Assembly (NCBI GenBank): GCA_045863295.1
Contig: BTWA01000011.1
Span: 1 to 64,000 of the forward strand
Direction of reading: 5' to 3'
DNA from: Candidatus Hydrogenedentota bacterium
GTDB taxonomy: Bacteria > Hydrogenedentota > Hydrogenedentia > Hydrogenedentales > SLHB01
DNA length: 64,000 nucleotides
Part shown: positions 17,221-27,241 of the stretch, in pieces
Numbering within the stretch: the first letter of the stretch is position 1
How the letters are laid out: each line of letters begins with the position of its first letter
Translations under genes and position numbers: made by a program
Notes under the pieces: model-generated
The model's input: only the letters and a program-made list of their open reading frames with translations
Told to the model about the DNA's origin: nothing
Databases searched by the model: none

Positions 17221-20157
17221 ATGTGGGATGGCCTAGACCCGCGCACCACAACGCTTGAACAAGCCTTCGAACCGCTCTATAGCAGAGCACAAGAATTCAA
17301 TGCGAAGTGGTCAATAGCTGAACTCCGCCTCAAGGAAGCAGACATCAAATGGTTACAAGAATGGTTTGTTTCTCTTAGCACAACTAAAGCAAGTAACTGG
17401 ATTCAGTCTACCTCTCTCATTCGGTTGCCCCAACTGTCCGGAATCACTGAGCGTCAAGCGTTTGGCTCTCTTCTCATATGCCTTGCCTGTGAAAAATGCC
17501 GCAAGGAAAGCCGGGAAGACGCCGTATGGCCAGTTATCCGAAAGATTCTGCCAAATGACAACGACCTTCAACTGCAGTTATTTCTTACGAACGGCCAACC
17601 GTCGTATCTCACCAAAGATGCGATCTCGGACGCTGTAAGGGCACTCAATTTACGCCATGCAATGGACATTGAAGGCGCTCAACAGTGGTTCATCACGCTG
17701 AAGTTACAATATGGCTTCACATTCAGGGGAGCCAAGAATCGCTTGGCCGAGTGGCTGGTAAACCTCGGCTGTCCTCACGCTGTCCGATATCTTATCGGAG
17801 ACTCCACATACCCGGATTTGGAGTCCAAGTCTTTTGCTGCACTTTGGAGTGCACTTATTCAATACCGAAGGAGCCAGATTACTGAAATCCAAATCCGTCA
17901 AACAGTTCAGAACAGCCCCTGGATCTTACCTGACTGGATTGATGACATACTCAAGGAAGCAAAGTCACGAGTAAGTACCCTCGGCACGGGTGATGCCCAA
18001 CTCCGGCTTTCTGGCGTCACGGAAGAACTTGATGAACAAGACATCATCCAGCCGATAGACCGGATTGCATTGGACTGGCCGAATAACAACACCCCGCCGA
18101 GAATCAAATTCACCCTTGCTCGCGAGACTATTCAGGAATGCACCGAGAATCTGGATGCCAACGAGCTGGATTTCTACGTCGACGGCAAAAAAGTTTGCCG
18201 TTGGCTCCGCCAGAGGGACCGATCATGGTCGGGGCCGCCTGAAATTTGTGCTGAACCAGACTCAGCGCGTAACACGCCCAACCTTCGGCCCCATGTACTG
18301 ACAGTCAGGTCCCGGCAAGGCGACCCGATCTTGGAATGGGACCTCACTGACTCCGGACTAATGGCAGACGTCGTCGTCTTCGACCTCGAAAACCCCACGC
18401 TCCTGCAGACTGAACTCCACCCGATTAACCCCAACAACAGACACGCTTTATTGTGCGACCCTGCTTGTCAGATCGATGGGTGTACCCCGGACTTCACTTT
18501 TCAACGCAACGGTGTCGCACGCAAGGCATTTCGTCTCCCGGTACCGCTGCAGAGCGGAATTTGCATAAAGTACAAAGATTTTGAGATCTGGCAACCCGTA
18601 CGAGAAATTGCGGACGGAACACACGCACCTGCGGCGGTAGCGCTGACAACACAAGGGAACGGACCACTCCCACTAAACAGTAGTGACGTTTTCGTCATTG
18701 AAGGCCTCCCACCGGGCACAAGTGCCGCGGTCCTACTGATAAATACAACACAACACGCACTATCCCAGCGGGGGCCGACCTGGATTACGGCGAATGCCAT
18801 TAGAATCACACCCGAATTGGCGGCAAGGCAGCATAGAATCCGTATTCGATATGAATTCAATGGCGCATGGCGAAACTGCATCCCGCAGCTGTCGTTTCCA
18901 TTGGTGGGCGCCGCACGTGTTAATACCCTTAACGGCCCAAATCAGACGCTGGAAGTAGTGCAGCCTGGTTCCACCGTGAACCGAAATGAGGCTATGCTGC
19001 GGATTTGGTCACCCGACCAAGATAACGCCCCAAATGTCTATGAAGGCCAATACCTAATTGGAAAAGCCAGGTATAGGCGCGTACGCCTGAAGAGTTGCCC
19101 CGGACATGGCGGTGTGCTGCGTATACACACTCAGACTGGGGAACACAGCCTCGAGATATCCTGCATAGATAACGGAAGTTTGGCTCGGTATGCCCCGGCA
19201 ATGCTCGGGCAACCGGCCACTTTGGAGTTTTGGGATGACAAAGAGCCTGCGGATGTGGGACCAGAGGGTTACGGTATCTGGATTTGCCTTAGGGGCAATA
19301 ACGGCGGACTTAGGCTAGAGCGTGTTCCCGACAGTGCTTTGGTGCCCAACAGCACGTCTAGAAAATGGCGAGTGCGTTTGAATAACAATCCAATTTCTAT
19401 TGCGGTCACATGGAAGGGATACTGGTGCGGTGCGCACTGGGATATAGACCAAATTGAAAGTTACCTGACCGGCCAGGCTCAGCTGTCCGAGTCTGACTTT
19501 GCTATTTTGAAATGGCTACGGGTTCCGATACTCGCGCCCGGCTTGGTCGATCAAATTTCAAACATTGCTTTATCTCGCCCATGTCATTTTTTGCGTCCAT
19601 GGCTTAGAAACGATGGACTCAATCCTGCGCTTAGGTCTGATGAACTTCTGGGACTGGACTCTGTCGCGAGACACTTCCTTTGGACTACGTTTCCAGTTGC
19701 CCACGCGGCCGCTGCTGCAGATATTGTCGCACCGTGGGACGGTAACCTGAATCACCCTGAACGTTACATCGGCCAATTAGATAGATTGACAGACATTTCG
19801 CCCGTATTGACTTGGGTACGCCTTGAGAAGTTTCTGAGGAACAATGCGGCTAATACGTTAAATCTGTTGCGAGCATTTACTTGCGCCCGCCTTGGATTAC
19901 CGGTGGGGGCTAACAGCAACAGGATTCATGCCAGCCTGAGCTTTTTAGAGGCTAGAGTGTCACAGCTAACATCACTCGATCAGAATCGAGCAAATGACCT
20001 TGTTAGACAATGGATTACGGGCATGCGCAACAATCTATGGCAACCGAATCCAGACGGACAAGCTGAAATAGAAATGATTGGCCAAACACTTTCGGGACGC
20101 CAATACGTCGCTACCAGTATGTGCTGTTATTGGCTTCAATTAGCCGGAGTACTTTAG
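17221..20157 (+). CDS. Large uncharacterised protein (978 aa), probable partner subunit of a Druantia-like system (DruH/DruF-like)
   Basis: Long ORF with GGGGG RBS, ending 10 nt before the helicase; helical N-terminus, beta-rich middle, helical C-terminus; size and position fit type III Druantia DruH but homology is not verified. Confidence 0.55.
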   Translation: MWDGLDPRTTTLEQAFEPLYSRAQEFNAKWSIAELRLKEADIKWLQEWFVSLSTTKASNWIQSTSLIRLPQLSGITERQAFGSLLICLACEKCRKESREDAVWPVIRKILPNDNDLQLQLFLTNGQPSYLTKDAISDAVRALNLRHAMDIEGAQQWFITLKLQYGFTFRGAKNRLAEWLVNLGCPHAVRYLIGDSTYPDLESKSFAALWSALIQYRRSQITEIQIRQTVQNSPWILPDWIDDILKEAKSRVSTLGTGDAQLRLSGVTEELDEQDIIQPIDRIALDWPNNNTPPRIKFTLARETIQECTENLDANELDFYVDGKKVCRWLRQRDRSWSGPPEICAEPDSARNTPNLRPHVLTVRSRQGDPILEWDLTDSGLMADVVVFDLENPTLLQTELHPINPNNRHALLCDPACQIDGCTPDFTFQRNGVARKAFRLPVPLQSGICIKYKDFEIWQPVREIADGTHAPAAVALTTQGNGPLPLNSSDVFVIEGLPPGTSAAVLLINTTQHALSQRGPTWITANAIRITPELAARQHRIRIRYEFNGAWRNCIPQLSFPLVGAARVNTLNGPNQTLEVVQPGSTVNRNEAMLRIWSPDQDNAPNVYEGQYLIGKARYRRVRLKSCPGHGGVLRIHTQTGEHSLEISCIDNGSLARYAPAMLGQPATLEFWDDKEPADVGPEGYGIWICLRGNNGGLRLERVPDSALVPNSTSRKWRVRLNNNPISIAVTWKGYWCGAHWDIDQIESYLTGQAQLSESDFAILKWLRVPILAPGLVDQISNIALSRPCHFLRPWLRNDGLNPALRSDELLGLDSVARHFLWTTFPVAHAAAAADIVAPWDGNLNHPERYIGQLDRLTDISPVLTWVRLEKFLRNNAANTLNLLRAFTCARLGLPVGANSNRIHASLSFLEARVSQLTSLDQNRANDLVRQWITGMRNNLWQPNPDGQAEIEMIGQTLSGRQYVATSMCCYWLQLAGVL

Positions 20158-20167
20158 GAGTCCTCAC

Positions 20168-23100
20168 ATGGGCCAAGTAGATGCCCTTAGAATGGTGGAG
20201 CATGTCCGCTCGCGCCTCGTTGACATGGCGGTTTCCGAGAACTATTTCCGGGATAGCTGCTTATCTGACCTGGTTCGAAAAGTCTGGGCGGGCCCAGGGC
20301 CGGATGGAGGACTCGTAAGTGAACTTTGGGTAGAAGGCGCTTTCCCAGGTGAGCTAAGCCACGATACACTTGAGTCCCTTGCGCGAGAAGGCATTTTCCC
20401 CAAGGACCTTCTAGGCCATATTGGGAAGTACGCAGAGTTCCCAGTCGACCGGCCATTGTACAACCACCAGTCGGAGAGTATTCGTGCTGCCGCCACAGGC
20501 GGCGACGGTCGTCCGTCCCTCGTCATAACAGCGGGAACAGGCCTTGGAAAAACAGAATCCTTTCTCCTGCCAATGTTGTCAGACCTTTGGACAGCTCCAC
20601 CCCGTATTAATAACGGTGGTATGCGCTGCCTAATTTTATACCCCATGAATGCCTTGGTGGCAGACCAGGTGGATCGAATCTACAAATGGCTTCAAGGCCA
20701 AACAAAGCTCTCTGTATTCCACTTCACCAGCGAGACACCCGAAGATGCCCGAAAAGCCGACCGAGGTGGGGTGCCCAAATGGGATCCTTGCCGTATGCGC
20801 ACCAGGCAGGAGGCTAGAGGTTTCGAGAATCGCGATGGCGGTACACTAAGCGAGCGCAATCTTGGTCAGGTGCCTGACATCGTAATTACAAACTACTCGA
20901 TGCTTGAGTACATGCTCTGTCGGCCCCAGGATACTCGTTTCTTCGGGCCGGACTTGCGTTGTATCATTCTGGATGAAGCTCACCTGTATAGCGGATCGCT
21001 TGCAGCCGAAATCACCATGCTGTTGCGTAGAGTTCGCGAGCGCTGCGGTGTCAAATCCAAGGACATCCTGCACTTGGCGACGTCGGCAACGCTAGGAGGC
21101 ACCGAAGACACGCTGAGGGGATTTGCCAGCGACATTTTTTCCGCCGATGATAGTCAAACGAAAGTTATTCGCGGCCGTTATGCCGACCATGCCTTTGAAT
21201 GTCCTACTGATGCGCAGGGAGTGAAGCCGGTCTCAACGGATTTGGCAAATTTCGCACTTGACGACCTAGCCACAATCACCGCCGATGGCGAACTGGTATC
21301 GGATGCAGAAGACGTTGTTTCCAAACTTTGCGGAACGGTGTCCCACTTGGTGGCACAGTCAACTGTACAACGAGCGAGTTCCGAGTATCCCGGCACGCCA
21401 GCCCGCTTTCTATACAAGTGTCTGGTGGAGTCGCCTAAAGTCCGCGAGCTTGCAGAGATACTTGCCAAAGAGAAAGGTCAAGTGATCTCGCTGAATGACT
21501 TGGCCCAAGCGTTGTTCAATGGTTGTAACGGAGAAAGCGAGCGCAAAACCGTAGTCACGCTCTTGCGCCTATCGGCAAGCGCCCGAATGAGTGCAACTGA
21601 GTTGCCACTTGTGCCCCATCGGGTCCACTTATTGGTGCGCGCTCCCGAGGGCTTGTCTGTGTGTCTGAACCCGGACTGCACTGGACCGGATGATAGGCGT
21701 GTTCCAAGTATCGGCTCTCTTCAACCTCATGGAGATGAAAAATGCCGTTATTGCAGACATGTGTTGTTGCCCGTCCACAGATGCAACAATTGCGGAGAAT
21801 GGGCACTTGCGGCACACGAGAACCGAGAACACTCCCGCCTGGAATCCGGTTTCCGGGCAGATTCTCCGAGTCTGCGGACGTTTTACCTTTTGGCAAAGCA
21901 GACAAACTTAGACCTTGATGAGATCATTGTTGATACCAAGACCGGAGAAACCTTGGGCTTTGGGTCGCAAGGCACTCGACTATGGAAGGCACAGGCGTCA
22001 GAGGCCGACTCGAAGTTTCAAGTTTGCCCAACTTGTGCGTCACCTTGGAAGTCGGCAGACGAAACCAATGATCAAGATGAGTGGAAGCAACCCTGCCGGG
22101 GCCTGTTTGGAGGACGACGATTTGCGCTTTCAGTGGTCGCCGAGACAGTGTTGCATGACCTACCATCTTTCCCAGATGTCACGCGCAACTGGAAACCCGC
22201 GCACGGACGCAGGCTCCTCTGTTTCAGTGATTCCAGGGCATCAGCGGCCCGCCTCGGGCCTGTTTTGACCCAACAACACGAGATGCAAGTGGTTCGCGCC
22301 GCTATGGCCCGCTGCGTATCTGAATTGGTAGGAACGGGATCAACAGAATACTTGGAAAGCGAGGTCAAAAGACTGAGCGGACTACTTTCTGGCGAACTTA
22401 GCCAAGGCCACAAGTATGAGCTGGAGCAGGAGTTATCCGAAAAGCAGAAAAAGCTTTCCAACGCTCGAATTGGCACTCCTTTTCCACAGTTTGCCGCGAT
22501 TGTTGCGAATCGAACTGAAATCGAGCAGCTGATGGATCGCAATCAGGCAGAGAAACACCAATCCTTCAACTATGGTCAGGCAGATTGGAATAGAAACCTG
22601 ACTGCCATCAAGAGTCATGCGGAAGCACTGGTAGCCAAGGAGCTTCAGCGCCCCTTAAAGCGGCAAGTGACCCTTGAGTCCGTCGGATTGCTGGAGATTG
22701 TCTACCCTGGCACAGAAAGCCTTGAGCTACCTCCCGTATTTGAAGAGAAGTTGCCGTCTTTGGCCAGAATGACGGTATCGGAGTCATGGCCTGCCATCCT
22801 GGCGCTGTTGCTGGATACCGTGAGAGCCGACGGTTGTGTGAGTTGGACAAGTGAAACGACTGGACGTATTTGGCTGGAGGAATCACCACTATCCGACCGA
22901 TGGCTGACTCGCAACAGAGGTGGTTGGCGAGCCAGGGCGTTTGTGGGCGTAACCAGCAATCATAATCGACGTGCCTTTGTTAGTCGGGTGCTGATTTCCG
23001 CAGGTTGTGATCGATCCGATGCTGACCGGTTATCGGAAATCGCACTCGAGTCCGCTTTCGACCAATTGTACGGTGTTGCGAATGGCAACGGTAACAGATT

Positions 23101-25381
23101 TTCTTGGTTGCGTTGTGTACAAACCCATCAGACTGACCTCGCTCAAACAGATAAGGCGATCCAGATCCTATTTGATGGTCTTGTTGTACGGAGGCCAAAA
23201 GCGCTGTATCGATGCAACTCCACGGGAACAATCTGGGCGCATTCCGCCATGGGTCATGCGCCGCTGGACGGCTGCCTCGGAAATCTACAAGAACTCTCGA
23301 CCAGCGATCTCGACAACGATCCCAGATGGGGCCGTGCCCGGCGCGAACTGATGAGTGAGCCAATCCTAAGCATGGGACTTTGGGGTGAAGAACACTCTGC
23401 CCAACTCAGCCCCATTGAGAACCGCCGTTTGCAGGACTTGTTCAAATCGGGCATCAGAAACGTATTGTCCGCAACTACAACCATGGAACTTGGTATCGAT
23501 ATTGGTGGCCTAAATGGAGTCTTGCTCAGCAACGCCCCTCCAGGCCCTGCCAATCATCGCCAACGGGCTGGCCGCGCTGGGCGGCGTTCGGATGGCTCCG
23601 CTGTCGTGGTCACATTTGCGGGAGAATCCGAATATGACCGGCACGTGTTCCTGCGTTTCGGCGATTTTCTGCGACGAAAGTTGAAGGAGCCGACTGTATT
23701 CCTGGACAGGACCAGGGTGATCCGGCGCCACCTTCACGCCGTCCTGCTATCCGAATTCCTTCGCCTTCGGCAAGGAAAGCATACCGGCGCGATGCACGCA
23801 TTTGGACAAATGGGCCGATTCTGTGGAATTGACAATGTACCCGCCCGTTGGGCGTCGGTCGGCGCCCCAAAGCCCGTATGGAATTCGGAAGGTGTCGATA
23901 CCGCTGCGCAGTTCTTTATCGCGCTCGAAAATTTAAAGAGCGTGCAAGATATACGTAGTCGCATCGCTTCTCTTGTAATCGGCACCAAACTTGACATGAG
24001 TACAGAAGAAGATTGGCGGGAATTTGTCGAATACGCCAAACAGTCATTCGCCAGGGCAGTGGATGACTGGAAAGACAACATGAATCAACTGCGAAACGCA
24101 TGGAATGAGATCCCCACGCAACCAAACAGCAATCTTGGCCGGGAAATGGCCAAAGCCAATTCGCTTCGGTATATGATCAAAACGCTCTGTGAAATTACCG
24201 TGATCGAGTGGCTTGCGGATCACCAGTTTCTCCCTCGGTACGGCTTTCCTGTGAACCTCCAGAGCCTGAGTATCCGAAACGCCTCCGAATCGGGCCGACG
24301 TGATACTTCAGCCGTCGACGAGAGGTATAGGCTACAGCGAAGTTCTCTACTTGCTCTCAGAGAATATGTGCCAGGCAGCAAAGTTCTGGTGGGGGGCCGT
24401 GTAGCTATGTCGAGAGGCCTCAGGAAGCATTGGACAGACAGTAATTTGGACCAAGCACTTGGACTACAGTACTTCGCCTTGGAGTGTCCAAATGAGCATG
24501 TTTTTATCAGTCAATCTCAGGACACGCAGTGCCCTACTTGCGACAGTATGCCGTGTAATAAAGAACTCTTAGTTTTTCCGCGTTTTGGGTATACAACGGC
24601 GGGCTGGGAGAAGATGAAGCTTGGAACCAACCTAGACCGAGTAGGCGAGCAATCAGTTTGCCCAATTGCTTTCACAGAGTCCGGCTCGGTCGGGGATGAA
24701 ATCACATCACATTTCGCGGGTGTTCAGAACCTGACTGTGAGATACAAAGAAGGCGCGGCATTGCTGGTTCGAAACGCAGGTGAACGGGGACTCGGATTTG
24801 CAATTTGCACGAAGTGCGGCTTCGCCATGAGCGAGGATGCTAACGGGAACGGCCGCATGGGCCTTCCTCCTGAGTTCACCAAGCATCCATCCATTTTCTC
24901 CTCCGACTTCAAGAGTTTTTGCTGGGGCCGAGATGCAGATGGTGCACCGGTATTGCGGAATCGTGTCTTGGCCGCCAAAGAACTCACGGATATGATGCTC
25001 CTCGAGTGGCCCGGGGCGTCGGTAGTTTCCCCAAAGGGCGCATATACACTTGGCCGCGCACTCATCATGGCTGGCAGTCGATTGCTTGAGCTAGATGAGA
25101 GGGAACTTGGCCTGGAGATTATTCCGCTACGAGGAGCAAGCCTTGGTATCGTGATTTTCGATACATCCCCAGGCGGTGCGGGGCATTGCAAGGAACTGTT
25201 GGAACTCGGTCGCGAATGGATAGACGTGACGCACGAACTAATGTATATAGACGAGGACCATGACAGGCAATGTGAAAAGGCGTGCCTGGATTGCATTCTC
25301 GATTTTTCAGGTCAGTACAAGGCAAATCAGCTTGACCGTCGGGCAGCTTTTCAACTACTAAACGCCCTGCATACGATCTGA
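20168..25381 (+). CDS. Large SF2 DEAH-box helicase with Zn ribbons and C-terminal DUF1998 (Druantia DruE-like)
   Basis: LYNHQ, TAGTGLGKTESF, LYPMNALVADQ, ITNYSMLEYML, LDEAH, TSATL, FSDSR, EHSAQL, TTTMELGIDIG, QRAGRAGRR, LPRYGFP, DTSPGGAG...CEKACLDC; 1737 aa; AGGAG RBS. Confidence 0.88.
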   Translation: MGQVDALRMVEHVRSRLVDMAVSENYFRDSCLSDLVRKVWAGPGPDGGLVSELWVEGAFPGELSHDTLESLAREGIFPKDLLGHIGKYAEFPVDRPLYNHQSESIRAAATGGDGRPSLVITAGTGLGKTESFLLPMLSDLWTAPPRINNGGMRCLILYPMNALVADQVDRIYKWLQGQTKLSVFHFTSETPEDARKADRGGVPKWDPCRMRTRQEARGFENRDGGTLSERNLGQVPDIVITNYSMLEYMLCRPQDTRFFGPDLRCIILDEAHLYSGSLAAEITMLLRRVRERCGVKSKDILHLATSATLGGTEDTLRGFASDIFSADDSQTKVIRGRYADHAFECPTDAQGVKPVSTDLANFALDDLATITADGELVSDAEDVVSKLCGTVSHLVAQSTVQRASSEYPGTPARFLYKCLVESPKVRELAEILAKEKGQVISLNDLAQALFNGCNGESERKTVVTLLRLSASARMSATELPLVPHRVHLLVRAPEGLSVCLNPDCTGPDDRRVPSIGSLQPHGDEKCRYCRHVLLPVHRCNNCGEWALAAHENREHSRLESGFRADSPSLRTFYLLAKQTNLDLDEIIVDTKTGETLGFGSQGTRLWKAQASEADSKFQVCPTCASPWKSADETNDQDEWKQPCRGLFGGRRFALSVVAETVLHDLPSFPDVTRNWKPAHGRRLLCFSDSRASAARLGPVLTQQHEMQVVRAAMARCVSELVGTGSTEYLESEVKRLSGLLSGELSQGHKYELEQELSEKQKKLSNARIGTPFPQFAAIVANRTEIEQLMDRNQAEKHQSFNYGQADWNRNLTAIKSHAEALVAKELQRPLKRQVTLESVGLLEIVYPGTESLELPPVFEEKLPSLARMTVSESWPAILALLLDTVRADGCVSWTSETTGRIWLEESPLSDRWLTRNRGGWRARAFVGVTSNHNRRAFVSRVLISAGCDRSDADRLSEIALESAFDQLYGVANGNGNRFSWLRCVQTHQTDLAQTDKAIQILFDGLVVRRPKALYRCNSTGTIWAHSAMGHAPLDGCLGNLQELSTSDLDNDPRWGRARRELMSEPILSMGLWGEEHSAQLSPIENRRLQDLFKSGIRNVLSATTTMELGIDIGGLNGVLLSNAPPGPANHRQRAGRAGRRSDGSAVVVTFAGESEYDRHVFLRFGDFLRRKLKEPTVFLDRTRVIRRHLHAVLLSEFLRLRQGKHTGAMHAFGQMGRFCGIDNVPARWASVGAPKPVWNSEGVDTAAQFFIALENLKSVQDIRSRIASLVIGTKLDMSTEEDWREFVEYAKQSFARAVDDWKDNMNQLRNAWNEIPTQPNSNLGREMAKANSLRYMIKTLCEITVIEWLADHQFLPRYGFPVNLQSLSIRNASESGRRDTSAVDERYRLQRSSLLALREYVPGSKVLVGGRVAMSRGLRKHWTDSNLDQALGLQYFALECPNEHVFISQSQDTQCPTCDSMPCNKELLVFPRFGYTTAGWEKMKLGTNLDRVGEQSVCPIAFTESGSVGDEITSHFAGVQNLTVRYKEGAALLVRNAGERGLGFAICTKCGFAMSEDANGNGRMGLPPEFTKHPSIFSSDFKSFCWGRDADGAPVLRNRVLAAKELTDMMLLEWPGASVVSPKGAYTLGRALIMAGSRLLELDERELGLEIIPLRGASLGIVIFDTSPGGAGHCKELLELGREWIDVTHELMYIDEDHDRQCEKACLDCILDFSGQYKANQLDRRAAFQLLNALHTI

Positions 25382-25456
25382 AAATAAGAGCAACCTACGT
25401 TGCAGGCTTGAATCTGCCACGCCCCCGACCAGCATGGTCTCCTCCCCAGTGTTCCC

Positions 25457-27241
25457 TTACCGGATCACCTTCCTGCGCACCGCGTCGTACGCAAACCAGA
25501 ATTTGCGCAGCCGGTCATACACGGTTTCATCCATGGGAATCTGCGAGTACGCCGAACGAACATACAACTCCGTCAACTCATACGCCTCTTCCTGCAGGCC
25601 TCGCAGTGCCTTGGGAAAGGAACCAATAAACTCATACGGCGTCTGGTCAGTCTTGCGCGGCACGCCCAAATCTTCCGCAAGCGTGCACAAGGCTGCATAG
25701 CTTTTCGCAATCGCGTCTGCAGGAGACACATTCGGATTCGCCGCCATCGGATTCTGCAGCAAGAACGCGCGCGACACCTTCCGGCTCACCCGCCGCTGCC
25801 GCTCGATCGACGGCAACTCCGGCCACCGCGCATATTTCACGATGATGCCATCCAGCCATTTGAAAAAGTGCACCAGCCGCGGAGGCAACCGGTGCCGCTG
25901 ACGGCTCAAATACGCGATGCCCGCACCAATCGTCCGGAACACGCCAAACAACACAATCAGCGCGAACACGCCCATGACAAAGTACCCAATGTACTCAAGC
26001 ACCATCGAATCGCGCACCCGCTGCGCAGCCAGCGCGGGCGACACGATATTGTTCAGCGTGAACTTGTCATTCCGCGCCCACATGTCCACTTCATGCGATT
26101 CCACATACGCAATCGGCGGCATCGGCGGCAAGGGCATCACGAACGCGCCCGCGGCCACCATCAACACCATGACAAATCCAAGCCCCAGCCAGAACGCGCC
26201 AATGCCCCCCGGCAGCCGCACGCGCCGCGCCCGGAAATACTCGCGCAATCCCCCCAGCGCCGTCAGCATCAACAGTGACAAAGCCGCCACCGTGTAGACG
26301 CCGATATAGAAATTACCCGCAAGCAACATCATGGGACCGCCATGCTGAATCACACGGTGCCCCAATGCGAACACGATCATCACCGGCACGGAAAAGTAAA
26401 ACACGGAAATTCCGGGATGCCGCTTCGACAATCGCTCTGTCGCACCGATGGGCGCCTTCGGCTTCTTCTTTTCCGGTTCCGTCCATTCGCTCGGATCCAC
26501 GCCTTCCATGGTAATGTTCGGATTGTAGGCGCCCGCCTTCTCTTTCGGCTGCATCGCCTTCTGAAACTTGCGCACCGTGCCGGTCATTATGCCCACGTCG
26601 CCCGCTTCGGGGTTCGAGTCCACGCAACATTCATGCGTCAGCCGGTTCACAACCCACCACAGAAAAACCACCGTGGACATGTTGAACGCCAACGCGATCC
26701 CAGGCCGATCCAGGAATCCCCGCGCCGCCGATCCAACGCCGTACATGCTCGTCGTCGCCAGCGTCCACATCGCGATCGCCCCGCCCAACGCGATGATGTA
26801 CATGATGGACTCGTCCTTGCCATCCCGCGCAATGAGCCGGTTCAGGGCCACCACGCCCAGCATGAAACTGAATGCCACCCAGCGAAAATAGAAATCCATG
26901 TCCTCGGTGTAGACATACCGCACATCCAACAAAAAGAAAAGAAACGACCACACCATCAGCAGAATCATCAGCGGCGTGAAGAAATCCACCAGCAAGTCGG
27001 TCGCGGTCCGGCCTTGGTAAGGCGTCGGCGCGCCCGGCAACCCCTTAGCCAGCGTGGCAAAATCCGTCGGACCCCCATCTTTCACCTTAGCCTGCTGCGA
27101 CACCGCCGGTTTCGTCAACGATTCGAAATCCGTCGCCTCGAGGTCGCCCCGTTCCTGGATCGCGTCCAGGTCGGTCAACTCGTCCGTGTACCGCCCACGC
27201 AACGGCTTCGGCTTGTCAGATTCGGGCTGGCGAAATCTCAT
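25457..27241 (-). CDS. Membrane protein with C-terminal DUF4129-like domain
   Basis: Multiple TM helices; C-terminal GVPRKTDQTPYEF...LTELYVRSAYS; start overlaps the end of the DUF58 gene. Confidence 0.7.
   Translation of the reverse strand: MRFRQPESDKPKPLRGRYTDELTDLDAIQERGDLEATDFESLTKPAVSQQAKVKDGGPTDFATLAKGLPGAPTPYQGRTATDLLVDFFTPLMILLMVWSFLFFLLDVRYVYTEDMDFYFRWVAFSFMLGVVALNRLIARDGKDESIMYIIALGGAIAMWTLATTSMYGVGSAARGFLDRPGIALAFNMSTVVFLWWVVNRLTHECCVDSNPEAGDVGIMTGTVRKFQKAMQPKEKAGAYNPNITMEGVDPSEWTEPEKKKPKAPIGATERLSKRHPGISVFYFSVPVMIVFALGHRVIQHGGPMMLLAGNFYIGVYTVAALSLLMLTALGGLREYFRARRVRLPGGIGAFWLGLGFVMVLMVAAGAFVMPLPPMPPIAYVESHEVDMWARNDKFTLNNIVSPALAAQRVRDSMVLEYIGYFVMGVFALIVLFGVFRTIGAGIAYLSRQRHRLPPRLVHFFKWLDGIIVKYARWPELPSIERQRRVSRKVSRAFLLQNPMAANPNVSPADAIAKSYAALCTLAEDLGVPRKTDQTPYEFIGSFPKALRGLQEEAYELTELYVRSAYSQIPMDETVYDRLRKFWFAYDAVRRKVIR

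Noticed and set aside
20168..25381. DISARM drmAB call for the helicase/DUF1998 gene
   Set aside because: Helicase and DUF1998 are fused in one 1737-aa protein, and no methylase, PLD or SNF2 genes are adjacent
17077..25456. att sites or target-site duplication around the helicase island
   Set aside because: Only a 6-bp GCTTGA match near both edges, which is not significant; no integrase or transposase
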